From: Candidatus Endomicrobiellum mastotermitis
GTDB lineage: Bacteria; Elusimicrobiota; Endomicrobiia; Endomicrobiales; Endomicrobiaceae
Length of the DNA: 64,000 bases
Assembly (NCBI GenBank): GCA_031272445.1
Contig: JAISTT010000013.1
Coordinates: forward strand, 25,875-89,874
Direction: 5' to 3'
Numbering within the stretch: position 1 is the stretch's first letter; each line of letters begins with the position of its first letter. Shown here one piece after another: positions 40,817 through 50,083 of the stretch. A program made the position numbers and the translations under genes. The notes under the pieces are model-generated. The model worked only from the letters and a program-made list of their open reading frames with translations. It had not been told where the DNA came from and did no database searches.

Positions 40817-41347
40817 GTCGAAAACAAAAAATTTCGTATAAATCAGTTTATTAGAGTGCCTGAAGTAAGACTTATTGACTCTGATGGAGTAATGGTAGGC
40901 ATATTTAAGACGACTGATGCTTTATTAAAAGCACAAGTTAAGGATTTGGACTTAGTGGAAGTTTCTCCACAGGCAAGCCCACCTGTTTGTAAAATAGTTA
41001 ACTTTTCTAAATTTAGATATGAAATGGAGAGGAAAGAGAGGGAGGTTAGAAAGAAACAAAAAATTTCTCATGTTAAAGAGATAAGAATAAGACCTCGTAT
41101 TAGTGAACATGATTTGAAAGTTAAAATTAAGCGTGCTAGAGAGTTTATTGATGGTGGAGATAAAGTACAGCTTACTACTATGTTTTCTGGAAGAGAGGTA
41201 CAGCATAAAGATTTGGGTATTAAAGTTATGGATAAGATAAAAGAATCTTTGTCTGACATTGCAGTACCTGAAGGTAAGACTTCTTCACTGGGTACAAGGC
41301 TATTTTTAATTTTCATACCTAATAAGAAGAAAGTAAAAAAGATTTGA
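40817..41347 (+). CDS. infC: Translation initiation factor IF-3 (start uncertain; probably non-canonical GTC at 40817)
   Basis: FRINQFIRVPEVRLI, DLVEVSP...PPVCKI, KEIRIRP.I..HD, SGRE; homology extends upstream of the GTG 40856 in the ORF track. Confidence 0.93.
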   Translation, partial: VENKKFRINQFIRVPEVRLIDSDGVMVGIFKTTDALLKAQVKDLDLVEVSPQASPPVCKIVNFSKFRYEMERKEREVRKKQKISHVKEIRIRPRISEHDLKVKIKRAREFIDGGDKVQLTTMFSGREVQHKDLGIKVMDKIKESLSDIAVPEGKTSSLGTRLFLIFIPNKKKVKKI

Positions 41348-41413
41348 GTTATAGGATGTTATGTTGAATAAATTTTAGTATCAAGCTGACATATGTAAAT
41401 GGGAGATAAGTGT

Positions 41414-41614
41414 ATGCATAAAATGAAGACACATAGTGGTGCAAAGAAACGTTTTAACGTTACAAGTAAAGGAAAAGTTAACTATAAGAAGCCAGGACAA
41501 AGACATCTTTTGACTGGTGATTCTGGTAATCAAAATAGGAAGGCTAGAAAACTTGTTGTAGTTTCGAAAACAGATATGAGAACAATGAAGAAAATTATGC
41601 CATATAAATTTTAA
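41414..41614 (+). CDS. rpmI: 50S ribosomal protein L35
   Basis: MHKMKTHSGAKKRF.VT..GK, RHLLT; ATG 41414 after GGGAG. Confidence 0.95.
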   Translation: MHKMKTHSGAKKRFNVTSKGKVNYKKPGQRHLLTGDSGNQNRKARKLVVVSKTDMRTMKKIMPYKF

Positions 41615-41638
41615 TAATATTCGTCGAGGAGGTTTAAT

Positions 41639-41986
41639 ATGCGTGTGAAGAGTTCTGTGTATACAAGACAAAAAAAGAAGAAAATATTTAGATTTGCTAA
41701 AGGATCTTATGCAACAAAGAAAAATCGTTGGAGAATGGTGATTCAGCAAGTAGAAAAATCTCTTAATTATGCTTATACAGGAAGAAAAGATAATAAGGCA
41801 AATTTTAGAACTCTCTGGATAGTTCGCCTTAATGCTGCAGTAAGAGAAGAAGGAATTTCGTACAATAAATTTATTGCAGGGCTTAGAAAAGCTAATATAT
41901 TAATAGATAGGAAAATGCTTGCAGAAATGGCTGTGAGTGATAATTTTGCGTTTAAGCAACTAATTGAAATTGCAAAAACTGTGTAA
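41639..41986 (+). CDS. rplT: 50S ribosomal protein L20
   Basis: MRVK, AKG, YAY..RK, FRTLWI.RLNAA, DRKMLAEMA. Confidence 0.97.
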   Translation: MRVKSSVYTRQKKKKIFRFAKGSYATKKNRWRMVIQQVEKSLNYAYTGRKDNKANFRTLWIVRLNAAVREEGISYNKFIAGLRKANILIDRKMLAEMAVSDNFAFKQLIEIAKTV

Positions 41987-41995
41987 GTATTTCAG

Positions 41996-43309
41996 ATGAA
42001 TTATTATCCGACAAAAAGAGTGGTATCGTTTTTTCTTGGACTTATTATATTTGGAATAGTATTTTTATCTTTGCCTGTAGCGCATACGCATAATTCTAGC
42101 AAATTTTCTTTTATTACAAACATATTTATGTCTGTTTCAGCTGTCTGTGTTACTGGACTTTCAGTAGTAAACACTGGTGAATACTACTCGACGTTTGGTC
42201 AAATAGTTATTTTACTTCTTGTGCAGCTTGGAGGTATAGGCTATATGTTTGTTTCAACTGTCGTGACCATGCTTTTAGGTAATGTGACCTTAAAGGATAG
42301 GCGTATAATGCAAGATATATTTGATATATCATCTTTCAGTAGTCTAAAAAAGCTTATTTCAAAAGCAGTTTTTTTTGTTTTAAGTATAGAGCTTTTTGGA
42401 ACGCTTGTGTTAACTTTTATTTTTTTAAGAGATTTTCCGTTTTTAAGAGCAGTATATTTTGGAATATTTTATTCAGTAATGGCATTTTGTAATGCTGGAT
42501 TTAGTTTATTTGATGATAGTTTAGTTAAGTTTGCAGATAATTCTATTTTACTTTATATGGTTTCGTTTTTAATAGTTTTTGGTAGACTTGGATTTTTTGT
42601 AATTGCTGATATTTATGATACTTATAGAGAGAGACGTTTACATTTTTCTACTCACACAAAGATTGTTCTTTATTGGTCAGCGATTATTACGTTTTTTGCA
42701 TTTATTTTATTTTTATTTTCAAATGTATTTAAAGGACAAGGTGTTTTTTATTCAATAAATAATGCTTTTTTTCAAGCTGTTAGCCCTCGGACTGCAGGTT
42801 TTTACTCTGTGCCTATAAATTTGTTCAATGAGTTTACATGCATAGTTTTACTGTTTTTGATGTCGATAGGTTCTTCATCTGGAGGTACTGCAGGTGGAAT
42901 AAAATTTACTACGCTCGCGTTAACTTTTGTATTTATAAAAAGCATACTTAAGAGTAATGATGAATTCATTTTATTTAAAAGACGTATTCCTGTAGAGTTA
43001 GTAAGGAGAGCACTTGCAATTTTTATTATATTCTTTGTTTCAATAATATTTTTTTCTGTTTTTTTAATCTTATTAGAGACTTATATAAATCCTCTTGCCA
43101 TTGTTTTTGAGATTGTTTCAGCTTTTGCTACTGTTGGATTATCGCTAGGCATTACTGCTGATTTATCTTTTGCAGGTAAAGTGCTTATTATTATCGCTAT
43201 GATATTAGGAAGAGTTGGAATTCTTACGATAATGATATTTATGACTAATCCAGTTGCCAGAAAAAAGAAGAATATAAGATATCCTGAAAGCAGGATATTA
43301 GTTGGCTAG
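41996..43309 (+). CDS. ktrB: Ktr/Trk potassium uptake membrane subunit
   Basis: Four pore motifs SAVCVTGLS, AFCNAGFS, RTAGF, SAFATVGLS; GTAGGIK; GRVG. Confidence 0.9.
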   Translation: MNYYPTKRVVSFFLGLIIFGIVFLSLPVAHTHNSSKFSFITNIFMSVSAVCVTGLSVVNTGEYYSTFGQIVILLLVQLGGIGYMFVSTVVTMLLGNVTLKDRRIMQDIFDISSFSSLKKLISKAVFFVLSIELFGTLVLTFIFLRDFPFLRAVYFGIFYSVMAFCNAGFSLFDDSLVKFADNSILLYMVSFLIVFGRLGFFVIADIYDTYRERRLHFSTHTKIVLYWSAIITFFAFILFLFSNVFKGQGVFYSINNAFFQAVSPRTAGFYSVPINLFNEFTCIVLLFLMSIGSSSGGTAGGIKFTTLALTFVFIKSILKSNDEFILFKRRIPVELVRRALAIFIIFFVSIIFFSVFLILLETYINPLAIVFEIVSAFATVGLSLGITADLSFAGKVLIIIAMILGRVGILTIMIFMTNPVARKKKNIRYPESRILVG

Positions 43310-43383
43310 ATTAAAATTTTTGCTTAATGTCTTTAAATATTTGTTTATTTTGGTGGTATACTAAACGGAATATTGGAATATTT

Positions 43384-44094
43384 ATGAGAAGAAGACAGTT
43401 TGTTGTTATAGGACTTGGAACATTTGGTTATAATGTTGCATTGGAACTTATAAAAAAAAACATGCAAGTTTTATGTATTGATAATAATTATGAAATAGTA
43501 AACAGGATAAGTAATTTTGTTACACAAGCTTTAGTAGTTGATGCCACTGATGAAAATGCTATGGAAGATGCTGGTATTGCTGATTGCGATAGTGCTGTAA
43601 TTTCAATAGGTGAAAGTATAGAGACAAGTATTCTTGCTACTTTGATAGTTAAGGAACTTGGTGTCAAAAATATTATTGTGAAGTCTTCAAGTCAATGGCA
43701 CTCAAAAGTTGCAGCAAGACTTGGTGCAAGTAGTATAGTTTATCCAGAATTTGAAATGGCCAAAAAACTTGTGGATAGTATAATGACACCAAATATTTTA
43801 GAACAAATAAAACTTTCAAAAGATTATAATTTAGTTGAGGTTGTAGCACCTAGAGAAGTTTGGGGGAAGACTATAAGGAGTTCTGATATTAGGAATAGGT
43901 ATGGAATTAACATTATTGCTATACGTAAACAAATTCCTATTACTAATGAGAATGAACAAGGAGGTATTGATATAAAAGAAGAGGTGAATATGTTGCCTGG
44001 ACCTGATGACGAAATTAATCAAAATGATATTTTGGTTGTCATAGGGTTAGAGAAGGCTTTAGTAAAGTTTAAAAAGATGGTAAAGGATAATTAA
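43384..44094 (+). CDS. ktrA: Ktr/Trk potassium uptake regulatory RCK subunit
   Basis: QFVVIGLGTFG, DATDE, ELGV, VYPE; C-terminal RCK_C; ATG 43384 preferred. Confidence 0.9.
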   Translation: MRRRQFVVIGLGTFGYNVALELIKKNMQVLCIDNNYEIVNRISNFVTQALVVDATDENAMEDAGIADCDSAVISIGESIETSILATLIVKELGVKNIIVKSSSQWHSKVAARLGASSIVYPEFEMAKKLVDSIMTPNILEQIKLSKDYNLVEVVAPREVWGKTIRSSDIRNRYGINIIAIRKQIPITNENEQGGIDIKEEVNMLPGPDDEINQNDILVVIGLEKALVKFKKMVKDN

Positions 44095-44376
44095 TGAAAA
44101 ATGAAGACATAAAAAAATACTAATTCCATTGGATTAAGCATTTGGAGTTATGGTAAGTTTTATTTCCTGAATAATAAATATGATGAGGCTATATCTGAGT
44201 TTAAAAGGGTTAACCCGTAAACGCGGAGGTTTACTATATATAATATAGGTCTTATAAAGTAAAGCTCAAATTCAGTAGAGGAAGCGAAAGAAATGTATAC
44301 TAAAACATTAGCTGTTAAACCTGACTATAAAATTGTAAGAAGTAGGCTTAATAAACTCATAGGAGTTGGGAGTTAA
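44094..44376 (+). pseudogene. Small TPR-repeat protein pseudogene
   Basis: Fragments in different frames: GKFYFLNNKYDEAISEFKRVNP*, NAEVYY, YNIGLIK*SSNSVEEAKEMYTKTLAVKPDYKIVRSRLNKL; ATG overlaps ktrA stop. Confidence 0.8.
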
Positions 44377-44396
44377 ATATATAAGTCAATAATACT

Positions 44397-45440
44397 ATGA
44401 AAATAGGGCCTTTTTTTATGGATAATATAAGACTAATTGTTAATGAAGTGGTGAAAAAGATAAAAAACTCTGATAATGAAATGCTTGAAAGTGTGAGGTC
44501 AGAGTATTTTGGTAAAAATGGTATTTTGACAAAAATTTTGAAATCTTTATCGCATTATTCTATTGAAGATAGAAAAAAAATAGGTTTTGAAACGAATAAG
44601 GCTAAAGCTATTCTTGAAAGTGAAATCGAAAAGAGGAAAGAGGACCTTAAAAAAGCTTTAATTGTCCAAAAGATGGAGAAGGAAAAATTAAACTGTTCGT
44701 CAATTTTTTATTTTCCATTTTCAAAAGGAAGTTTCCATCCTATTGTACAGACTATGCAAGATATAGTACTAGCTTTTAAGTCGCTTGGTTTTTCGGTTGC
44801 CGAAGGGCCTGAAATAGAAACTGATTGGTACAATTTTGAAGCATTAAATATACCTAAAAGCCATCCTGTAAAAGATGTACAGGATACTTTTTATCTTGAT
44901 GGTATGAGGAGTTTACTAAGAACCCATACTTCTCCGGGGCAAGTTCGTGTTATGGAAAAACAAGATCCACCAATAAAAGTTATTGTTCCAGGAAGGGTCT
45001 ATAGAAATGAAGCTTCAGATGCTTCACATTCTTCAACTTTTCATCAAATAGAGGGACTTAGAGTAGATAAAAATGTAACGTTTTTAGATTTAAAGGTGAT
45101 ACTGACCAAATTTATACATAAATTTTTTTGCTGCGGTGAGTTAGATATACGTTTTAGACCATCGCATTTCCAATTTACTGAACCATCTGCAGAAGTTGAT
45201 ATTCAATGCTTTTCTTGTAAAGGTAGAGGTTGTAAGATATGTAAAAATTCAGGATGGATTGAGATGTTAGGTTGTGGTATGGTACACCCGAATGTTTTAA
45301 AATGTGTAAATTATGATTCTGAACTATATACTGGTTATGCTTTTGGTATAGGCGTTGAAAGAATTGCAATGTTGAGATATAAGGTGGACGATATACGATT
45401 ATTTTATGAAAATGATTTAAGATTTCTAAAGCAATTTTAG
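44397..45440 (+). CDS. pheS: Phenylalanyl-tRNA synthetase alpha subunit
   Basis: NFEALN.P..HP, LLRTHTS, FHQIEG, FTEPS, GYAFGIG.ER; start could be 44418. Confidence 0.97.
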   Translation: MKIGPFFMDNIRLIVNEVVKKIKNSDNEMLESVRSEYFGKNGILTKILKSLSHYSIEDRKKIGFETNKAKAILESEIEKRKEDLKKALIVQKMEKEKLNCSSIFYFPFSKGSFHPIVQTMQDIVLAFKSLGFSVAEGPEIETDWYNFEALNIPKSHPVKDVQDTFYLDGMRSLLRTHTSPGQVRVMEKQDPPIKVIVPGRVYRNEASDASHSSTFHQIEGLRVDKNVTFLDLKVILTKFIHKFFCCGELDIRFRPSHFQFTEPSAEVDIQCFSCKGRGCKICKNSGWIEMLGCGMVHPNVLKCVNYDSELYTGYAFGIGVERIAMLRYKVDDIRLFYENDLRFLKQF

Positions 45441-45476
45441 GTGCTTAGTAGCTAATTGCTTTGTAAAGGATCAAAA

Positions 45477-47849
45477 GTGAGAGTATCTTATAATTGGCTT
45501 AAAAAACTTATAGATTTTGAGTTTAATCCGCAAGAGCTTGCGTCAGTTCTTACTTCTATTGGGATAGAAACTTCTGTTGTTTCAAAAGAGTGTTGTTGGA
45601 GTAATGTTGTTACAGTGAAAGTTTTAGATATAAAAAAACATCCTTTTGCCAATAAACTTTTTTTGTGTAAAGTAACTGATGGACTGAATAGTTATTCAAT
45701 AGTATGTGGAGCAGAAAACATTTCTTTAGGGCAGATTGTTCCTCTTGCAAAAGTTGGAGCTGTATTGCCAGGAAATGTAAAAATAAAAAAAGTTAAAATA
45801 AGAGGTGAAGATTCTGAAGGTATGCTATGCTCTAAATTTGAACTTGGACTCGAAAGAAAATCTAATGGGATTTTAGTTCTTGATAAAAATACAAAAATAG
45901 GTATTGCTCTTGAAGATATTTTAAGAAGTGACTCAATACTTGAAGTAGAAGTGACAGTTAATAGGGGTGATTGTTTAAGTCACTTAGGAATTGTTCGGGA
46001 AATAGGTGCTAAGATACGTAAAATGCCATCTCTTCCAGAGATAAAGACTTTTAATGTTCCAAGTTTGAGTTGTGTTGAAGTGATGCCAGGTTTATGTCCA
46101 CGTTATATAGGTACGCTTATATCTGGTGTTAAAGTTGGGACTTCACCCGCGTGGGTTGTAGATGCTTTAGAAAAGAGTGGAATAAAGTCTATTAACAATG
46201 TTGTTGATATAGCTAATTACGTTATGATTGAGCTTGGACAACCATTACATGTTTTTGATGTAAAAAAGCTTGATTCTGAAAAGATTTTTGTTAGAAGAGC
46301 CAACGATGATGAGGTTATGGTTGCCTTGAACGAGAAAGAATATAGACTTGATTCCGAGATGATTGTAATAGCTGACATTATGAAACCTATTGCAATTGCG
46401 GGGATAATTGGTGGAAAATATTCTGGCATTGATGAAAAAACTGAGGACATATTTTTGGAAAGTGCGATTTTTAATGTAGATTTGATAAGAAAAACTTCAA
46501 GAAAATTAAATCTTTTAACTGATTCTTCTTACAGATTTGAAAGAGGTTTAGGATGGAATATTACTGAACTTGCATCTTGGAGGGCTGCAAACTTAATAGT
46601 TGAAGTTGCCGGTGGTGTAATAAAAGCTAGACAGGATTTGCGAAGTGTTAAATATGAAGAGACAATTATAGGTTTAAGATTTGAGAGAGTATCGAAGATT
46701 TTAGGTTATGATATTAAGAGAGATGAAATAATAGAAATCTTAAGGTTTTTAGGTATAAATTTACGATTAAAAGATGAAATGATTTTGTGCACTATTCCGT
46801 CATGGAGAAATGATATAAAAATAGAGGTAGATTTAATTGAAGAGCTTGCAAGAATTAAGGGTTATGACGTCATTCCGGCTCCTTTAAATCATAAAAAAAG
46901 TGACATTGCTATTACATATTTATCTAACGATTTATTTTTTCCTCCTATTGTTGAAAATTTTAGAATTAAATTAAATGGGCTTGGCTTCAACGAGGTTTTA
47001 AATTATAGTTTTTCAGAGATCGGTGAATTAGAAAAACTTGGTTTAAAATATTTTTATAAGATAACAAATCCTATATCAAAAGAAAACGAAGTTTTAAGAC
47101 CATCTTTGCTACCTGCATTGTATAAAAACTTGTTGCTTAATATTAGTTATGGTTGTGAGAGAGTGGCTTTTTTTGAGTATGGAAAAGTTTTTACTGAGAA
47201 TGGAGAAAAAAAAACTTTTGCGGTTATAATGTGGGGTAAGATTTGGGGGGAGTGGTGGAAGTGGTTAGAACAAAAAATTGTTCCAAAGTATGATTTTTAT
47301 TTTGGTGCTGGAGTAGTAAAAAATATTTTGCCATCTAAAGAATTTGAAATTAAGAGAAATTTGGATCCTGAAAGTTATTATCACCCTGGGAAAACTGCAA
47401 GTGTTGTTTTTGAAAAAAAATCTGTAGGACAATTTGGTATTTTGAGTCCTATGATAGTTGGCGATCTTAAAGAAGATGTATTCTATTTTGAGATTGGATT
47501 AGATTCATTTGATAGTGTTTGCTTCTCAAATAAATCGTTTTATAAAGCATATTCTAAACTTCCTATAGTAAGAAGAGATATTTCAGTTATTGCTGATAGA
47601 AATTTACAATTTTCAGAGATAGAAAAAGTTATTGAAGTTTTTATGAGATCCAATAATATTTTAAGGAAGTATTCACTTATTTCAGTATATTCTGATGAAT
47701 CTAAATTTAGCAGTAATAAGATTAGTTATTCGTTTAGATTATCTTATAGGAATGATGATACGACGCTGACTGATAGAGAGGTTAATGAAAATATGAGAGC
47801 TTTGTTACATAAGCTATATGTTGAATTAGGTATTGAGTTAAGGCGATAA
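45477..47849 (+). CDS. pheT: Phenylalanyl-tRNA synthetase beta subunit
   Basis: RVSYNWL, HP.A.KL, VCGA.N, SEGMLCS, NRGDCLS, FERG, RRDIS; GTG 45477 after AAGGA. Confidence 0.96.
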   Translation: MRVSYNWLKKLIDFEFNPQELASVLTSIGIETSVVSKECCWSNVVTVKVLDIKKHPFANKLFLCKVTDGLNSYSIVCGAENISLGQIVPLAKVGAVLPGNVKIKKVKIRGEDSEGMLCSKFELGLERKSNGILVLDKNTKIGIALEDILRSDSILEVEVTVNRGDCLSHLGIVREIGAKIRKMPSLPEIKTFNVPSLSCVEVMPGLCPRYIGTLISGVKVGTSPAWVVDALEKSGIKSINNVVDIANYVMIELGQPLHVFDVKKLDSEKIFVRRANDDEVMVALNEKEYRLDSEMIVIADIMKPIAIAGIIGGKYSGIDEKTEDIFLESAIFNVDLIRKTSRKLNLLTDSSYRFERGLGWNITELASWRAANLIVEVAGGVIKARQDLRSVKYEETIIGLRFERVSKILGYDIKRDEIIEILRFLGINLRLKDEMILCTIPSWRNDIKIEVDLIEELARIKGYDVIPAPLNHKKSDIAITYLSNDLFFPPIVENFRIKLNGLGFNEVLNYSFSEIGELEKLGLKYFYKITNPISKENEVLRPSLLPALYKNLLLNISYGCERVAFFEYGKVFTENGEKKTFAVIMWGKIWGEWWKWLEQKIVPKYDFYFGAGVVKNILPSKEFEIKRNLDPESYYHPGKTASVVFEKKSVGQFGILSPMIVGDLKEDVFYFEIGLDSFDSVCFSNKSFYKAYSKLPIVRRDISVIADRNLQFSEIEKVIEVFMRSNNILRKYSLISVYSDESKFSSNKISYSFRLSYRNDDTTLTDREVNENMRALLHKLYVELGIELRR

Positions 47850-48064
47850 AGAAACAATGAAATGAGTGAATAAAAAAGATTTGTTGTAAATTGTTGTTTG
47901 AGTTTGGGAGAATAAGTTAATGTGTAAACAATTGTTCTACAAAAATTGTTTTACTGTGAATAAAATAATATGTCCCAATCTATATCTTGGAGTATTTTTA
48001 AGTGTGTGTGTTGATATAAATTATGAATAGTATATTTTGAAGTATTTTAGGGTAATAAAATAAT

Positions 48065-49218
48065 ATGATGATAAAGCGAGATAAAAATATAATTCAAAAT
48101 TATTTTAAAGATATATTCAGGAATTATAGGTCCTAATGCTGATCTTGTTGCGATAGTTGAAAATGAATGTGATATTTGTGAATTTATTGTTGAAATGTCT
48201 CAATCAAAAATACCTGTAACTATTGCAGGAGCGCTTACGGGAAATACTGTTTTTGGTCTTACCTTTGGTGGAAATATTTTATCTTTGGAAAAGCTTGATA
48301 AAAATTGCTGAGATAAAGGAAATAGATGATAATAATGCTTTAATTGTTGTTCAAGTGAGGGCAAAGATATGAGACATAAAATTAAAAACTTTTAAAAAAG
48401 GATGGGTGTATCCGCAAGATCCTACAGAACAAAGTGAGGCAATATTTCCACAGATGGTTCTCAGGCTTATTCCTCATTTCTTTGATAATTTTGATAAACT
48501 ATACAAATTTGTGTGTAAAGTAAAAAGTATTTCTAAAATGGCAATGTGTAAAAATATAAAAGATACAGTTAGTATAGTGTCTTTAGAATATTTTTGATAA
48601 AAAAATGCATTATCTATTATAAAAAAAGATTATCCTACTTATACCCAATGGGACTGTAGCCTGTGTTATGTTTGAGCAGGACATCTATGATAATATATGA
48701 TAGAGGGATTGATTTAGAAAAAGTTTAGTTTGCCTCTAATATAACCATAGCAATAGCAATAAAAGCTTAGAGTTTTTAGGCATAAAATTCCAGAATTTGT
48801 AAATGAGATAGTTAAGGAAAATAATATCCCAAAGATTGGTACAGATTCTGCAGTTCCAGAAGGTGAATTGATTACAATTATTGACTTTTGTGATAGAAAG
48901 TTTGAAAAGATGGACATTTTTAATCTAATTTTGGACATATATGTGAAAATATCATTTACATGTAAATATCTTGGCTTCAAATGAAGAAGAATATAGGAGA
49001 TGTATGCATGGTTGTTTTGATATTGCTCAAAAGATTGTTAATATTGGTGGAACAGTTTCAGCAGAACATGGTATAGGGGAAACTTAAACATATTTTCTTG
49101 AAAAAAGATGCTTTGTATGGAAGGTTTTAAGGAAATGTCAAAGTTGAAAAAGAGTTTTGATGAATCAGTGATTTTATGACAAGGGAACATATTCCCAAAA
49201 AATTATCTTATGTTATAA
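48065..49218 (+). pseudogene. FAD-linked oxidase (GlcD / D-lactate dehydrogenase family) pseudogene
   Basis: Frameshifted fragments: IPVTIAGALTGNT..G...GG.ILSLEKL, WVYPQDPTE, KIGTDSAVP, HLHVNIL, IGGTVSAEHGIG (AEHGIG at 49061-78), KKSFD...IL*QGNIF. Confidence 0.88.
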
Positions 49219-49225
49219 AAACGCA

Positions 49226-49254
49226 TTGACAAATTTCAGGTCAAATTATAAAAT
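49226..49254 (+). promoter_or_regulatory. sigma70-type promoter immediately before zapB-like gene
   Basis: TTGACA (49226-31), 17-bp spacer, TAAAAT (49249-54). Confidence 0.65.
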
Positions 49255-49260
49255 GCTGTT

Positions 49261-49488
49261 ATGGAAAATGTTGAAATTTTAGCTATGAAGATTAAAAGAA
49301 CAATAGAAAAATTGAAAAGACTTAATGATGAAAATTGTAGACTTAAATTGGAAGTGGAATATCTGAGAAAAGAAAATGAGTATAGCAAAAGACAAGTGAG
49401 TGAATATATAGTGTTAAGAAAAAATACGGAGCTTGCTGCCTGTAAAATTGAAAGGATTATAAAAAAAATTGATACTGTAAAGGTTTAG
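49261..49488 (+). CDS. ZapB-like short coiled-coil protein
   Basis: 75-aa heptad pattern (IEKLKRLNDENCRLKLEVEYL); located between pheT region and zapA. Confidence 0.7.
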   Translation: MENVEILAMKIKRTIEKLKRLNDENCRLKLEVEYLRKENEYSKRQVSEYIVLRKNTELAACKIERIIKKIDTVKV

Positions 49489-49784
49489 TGATTATGACGA
49501 CAATTCGTGAGAGAATTATGGGAAGAGAAATAGATTTAAAGATAGATAGTATAGATGAGTTGAGTTTTAACAGGATTGTAAACTTTGTGAACGATCGATG
49601 GATGGAAGTGAAAAAAGAAAATATTAATGTTCCTGACACTCAAAAAATAGGTGCTTTAACAGCTATAAAAATTGCTACAGAATTACTTAAATTAAGAGAT
49701 TTGCAAAAAAATATTTCAAATAATTATGAAGAGAAAATAAAGGATTTTATTAGGCAGTTAAATGAAACCGACTATGTGAGTTGA
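49488..49784 (+). CDS. zapA: Cell division protein ZapA-like
   Basis: IMGREIDL, IVNFVNDRW.E, GALTAIKIATEL followed by coiled coil; synteny. Confidence 0.8.
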   Translation: MIMTTIRERIMGREIDLKIDSIDELSFNRIVNFVNDRWMEVKKENINVPDTQKIGALTAIKIATELLKLRDLQKNISNNYEEKIKDFIRQLNETDYVS

Positions 49785-50083
49785 AATATTTTTTAAGCTT
49801 GTGAGTACCAATATGCTAAGTAGCATTTTTAATGTATTTATGTAATGAATATTTTCTTAAATAGTATTTAATTAACCAGAAATATTCAATTGTTGAGTGA
49901 TATCCAAAGATAGTAGTAGTATGTCCTTTATATCTACCTTTCTATATGTTCCAAAGTACTTTAATTTTTCTGTTCTTTAAAGTTTAGAATTTACCGTTAA
50001 AAGTAGTCACTAAAAAATAGACATGTTCTTTGAGTAAGATTTTCTCAAGGTAAAAAAACTGCTAGTGAGTAGATTATTACATT

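Noticed and set aside
48406-48980. ORFs 48406-48597 (+) and 48714-48980 (-) as independent genes
   Set aside because: The first is a fragment and the second an antisense shadow of the FAD-oxidase pseudogene.
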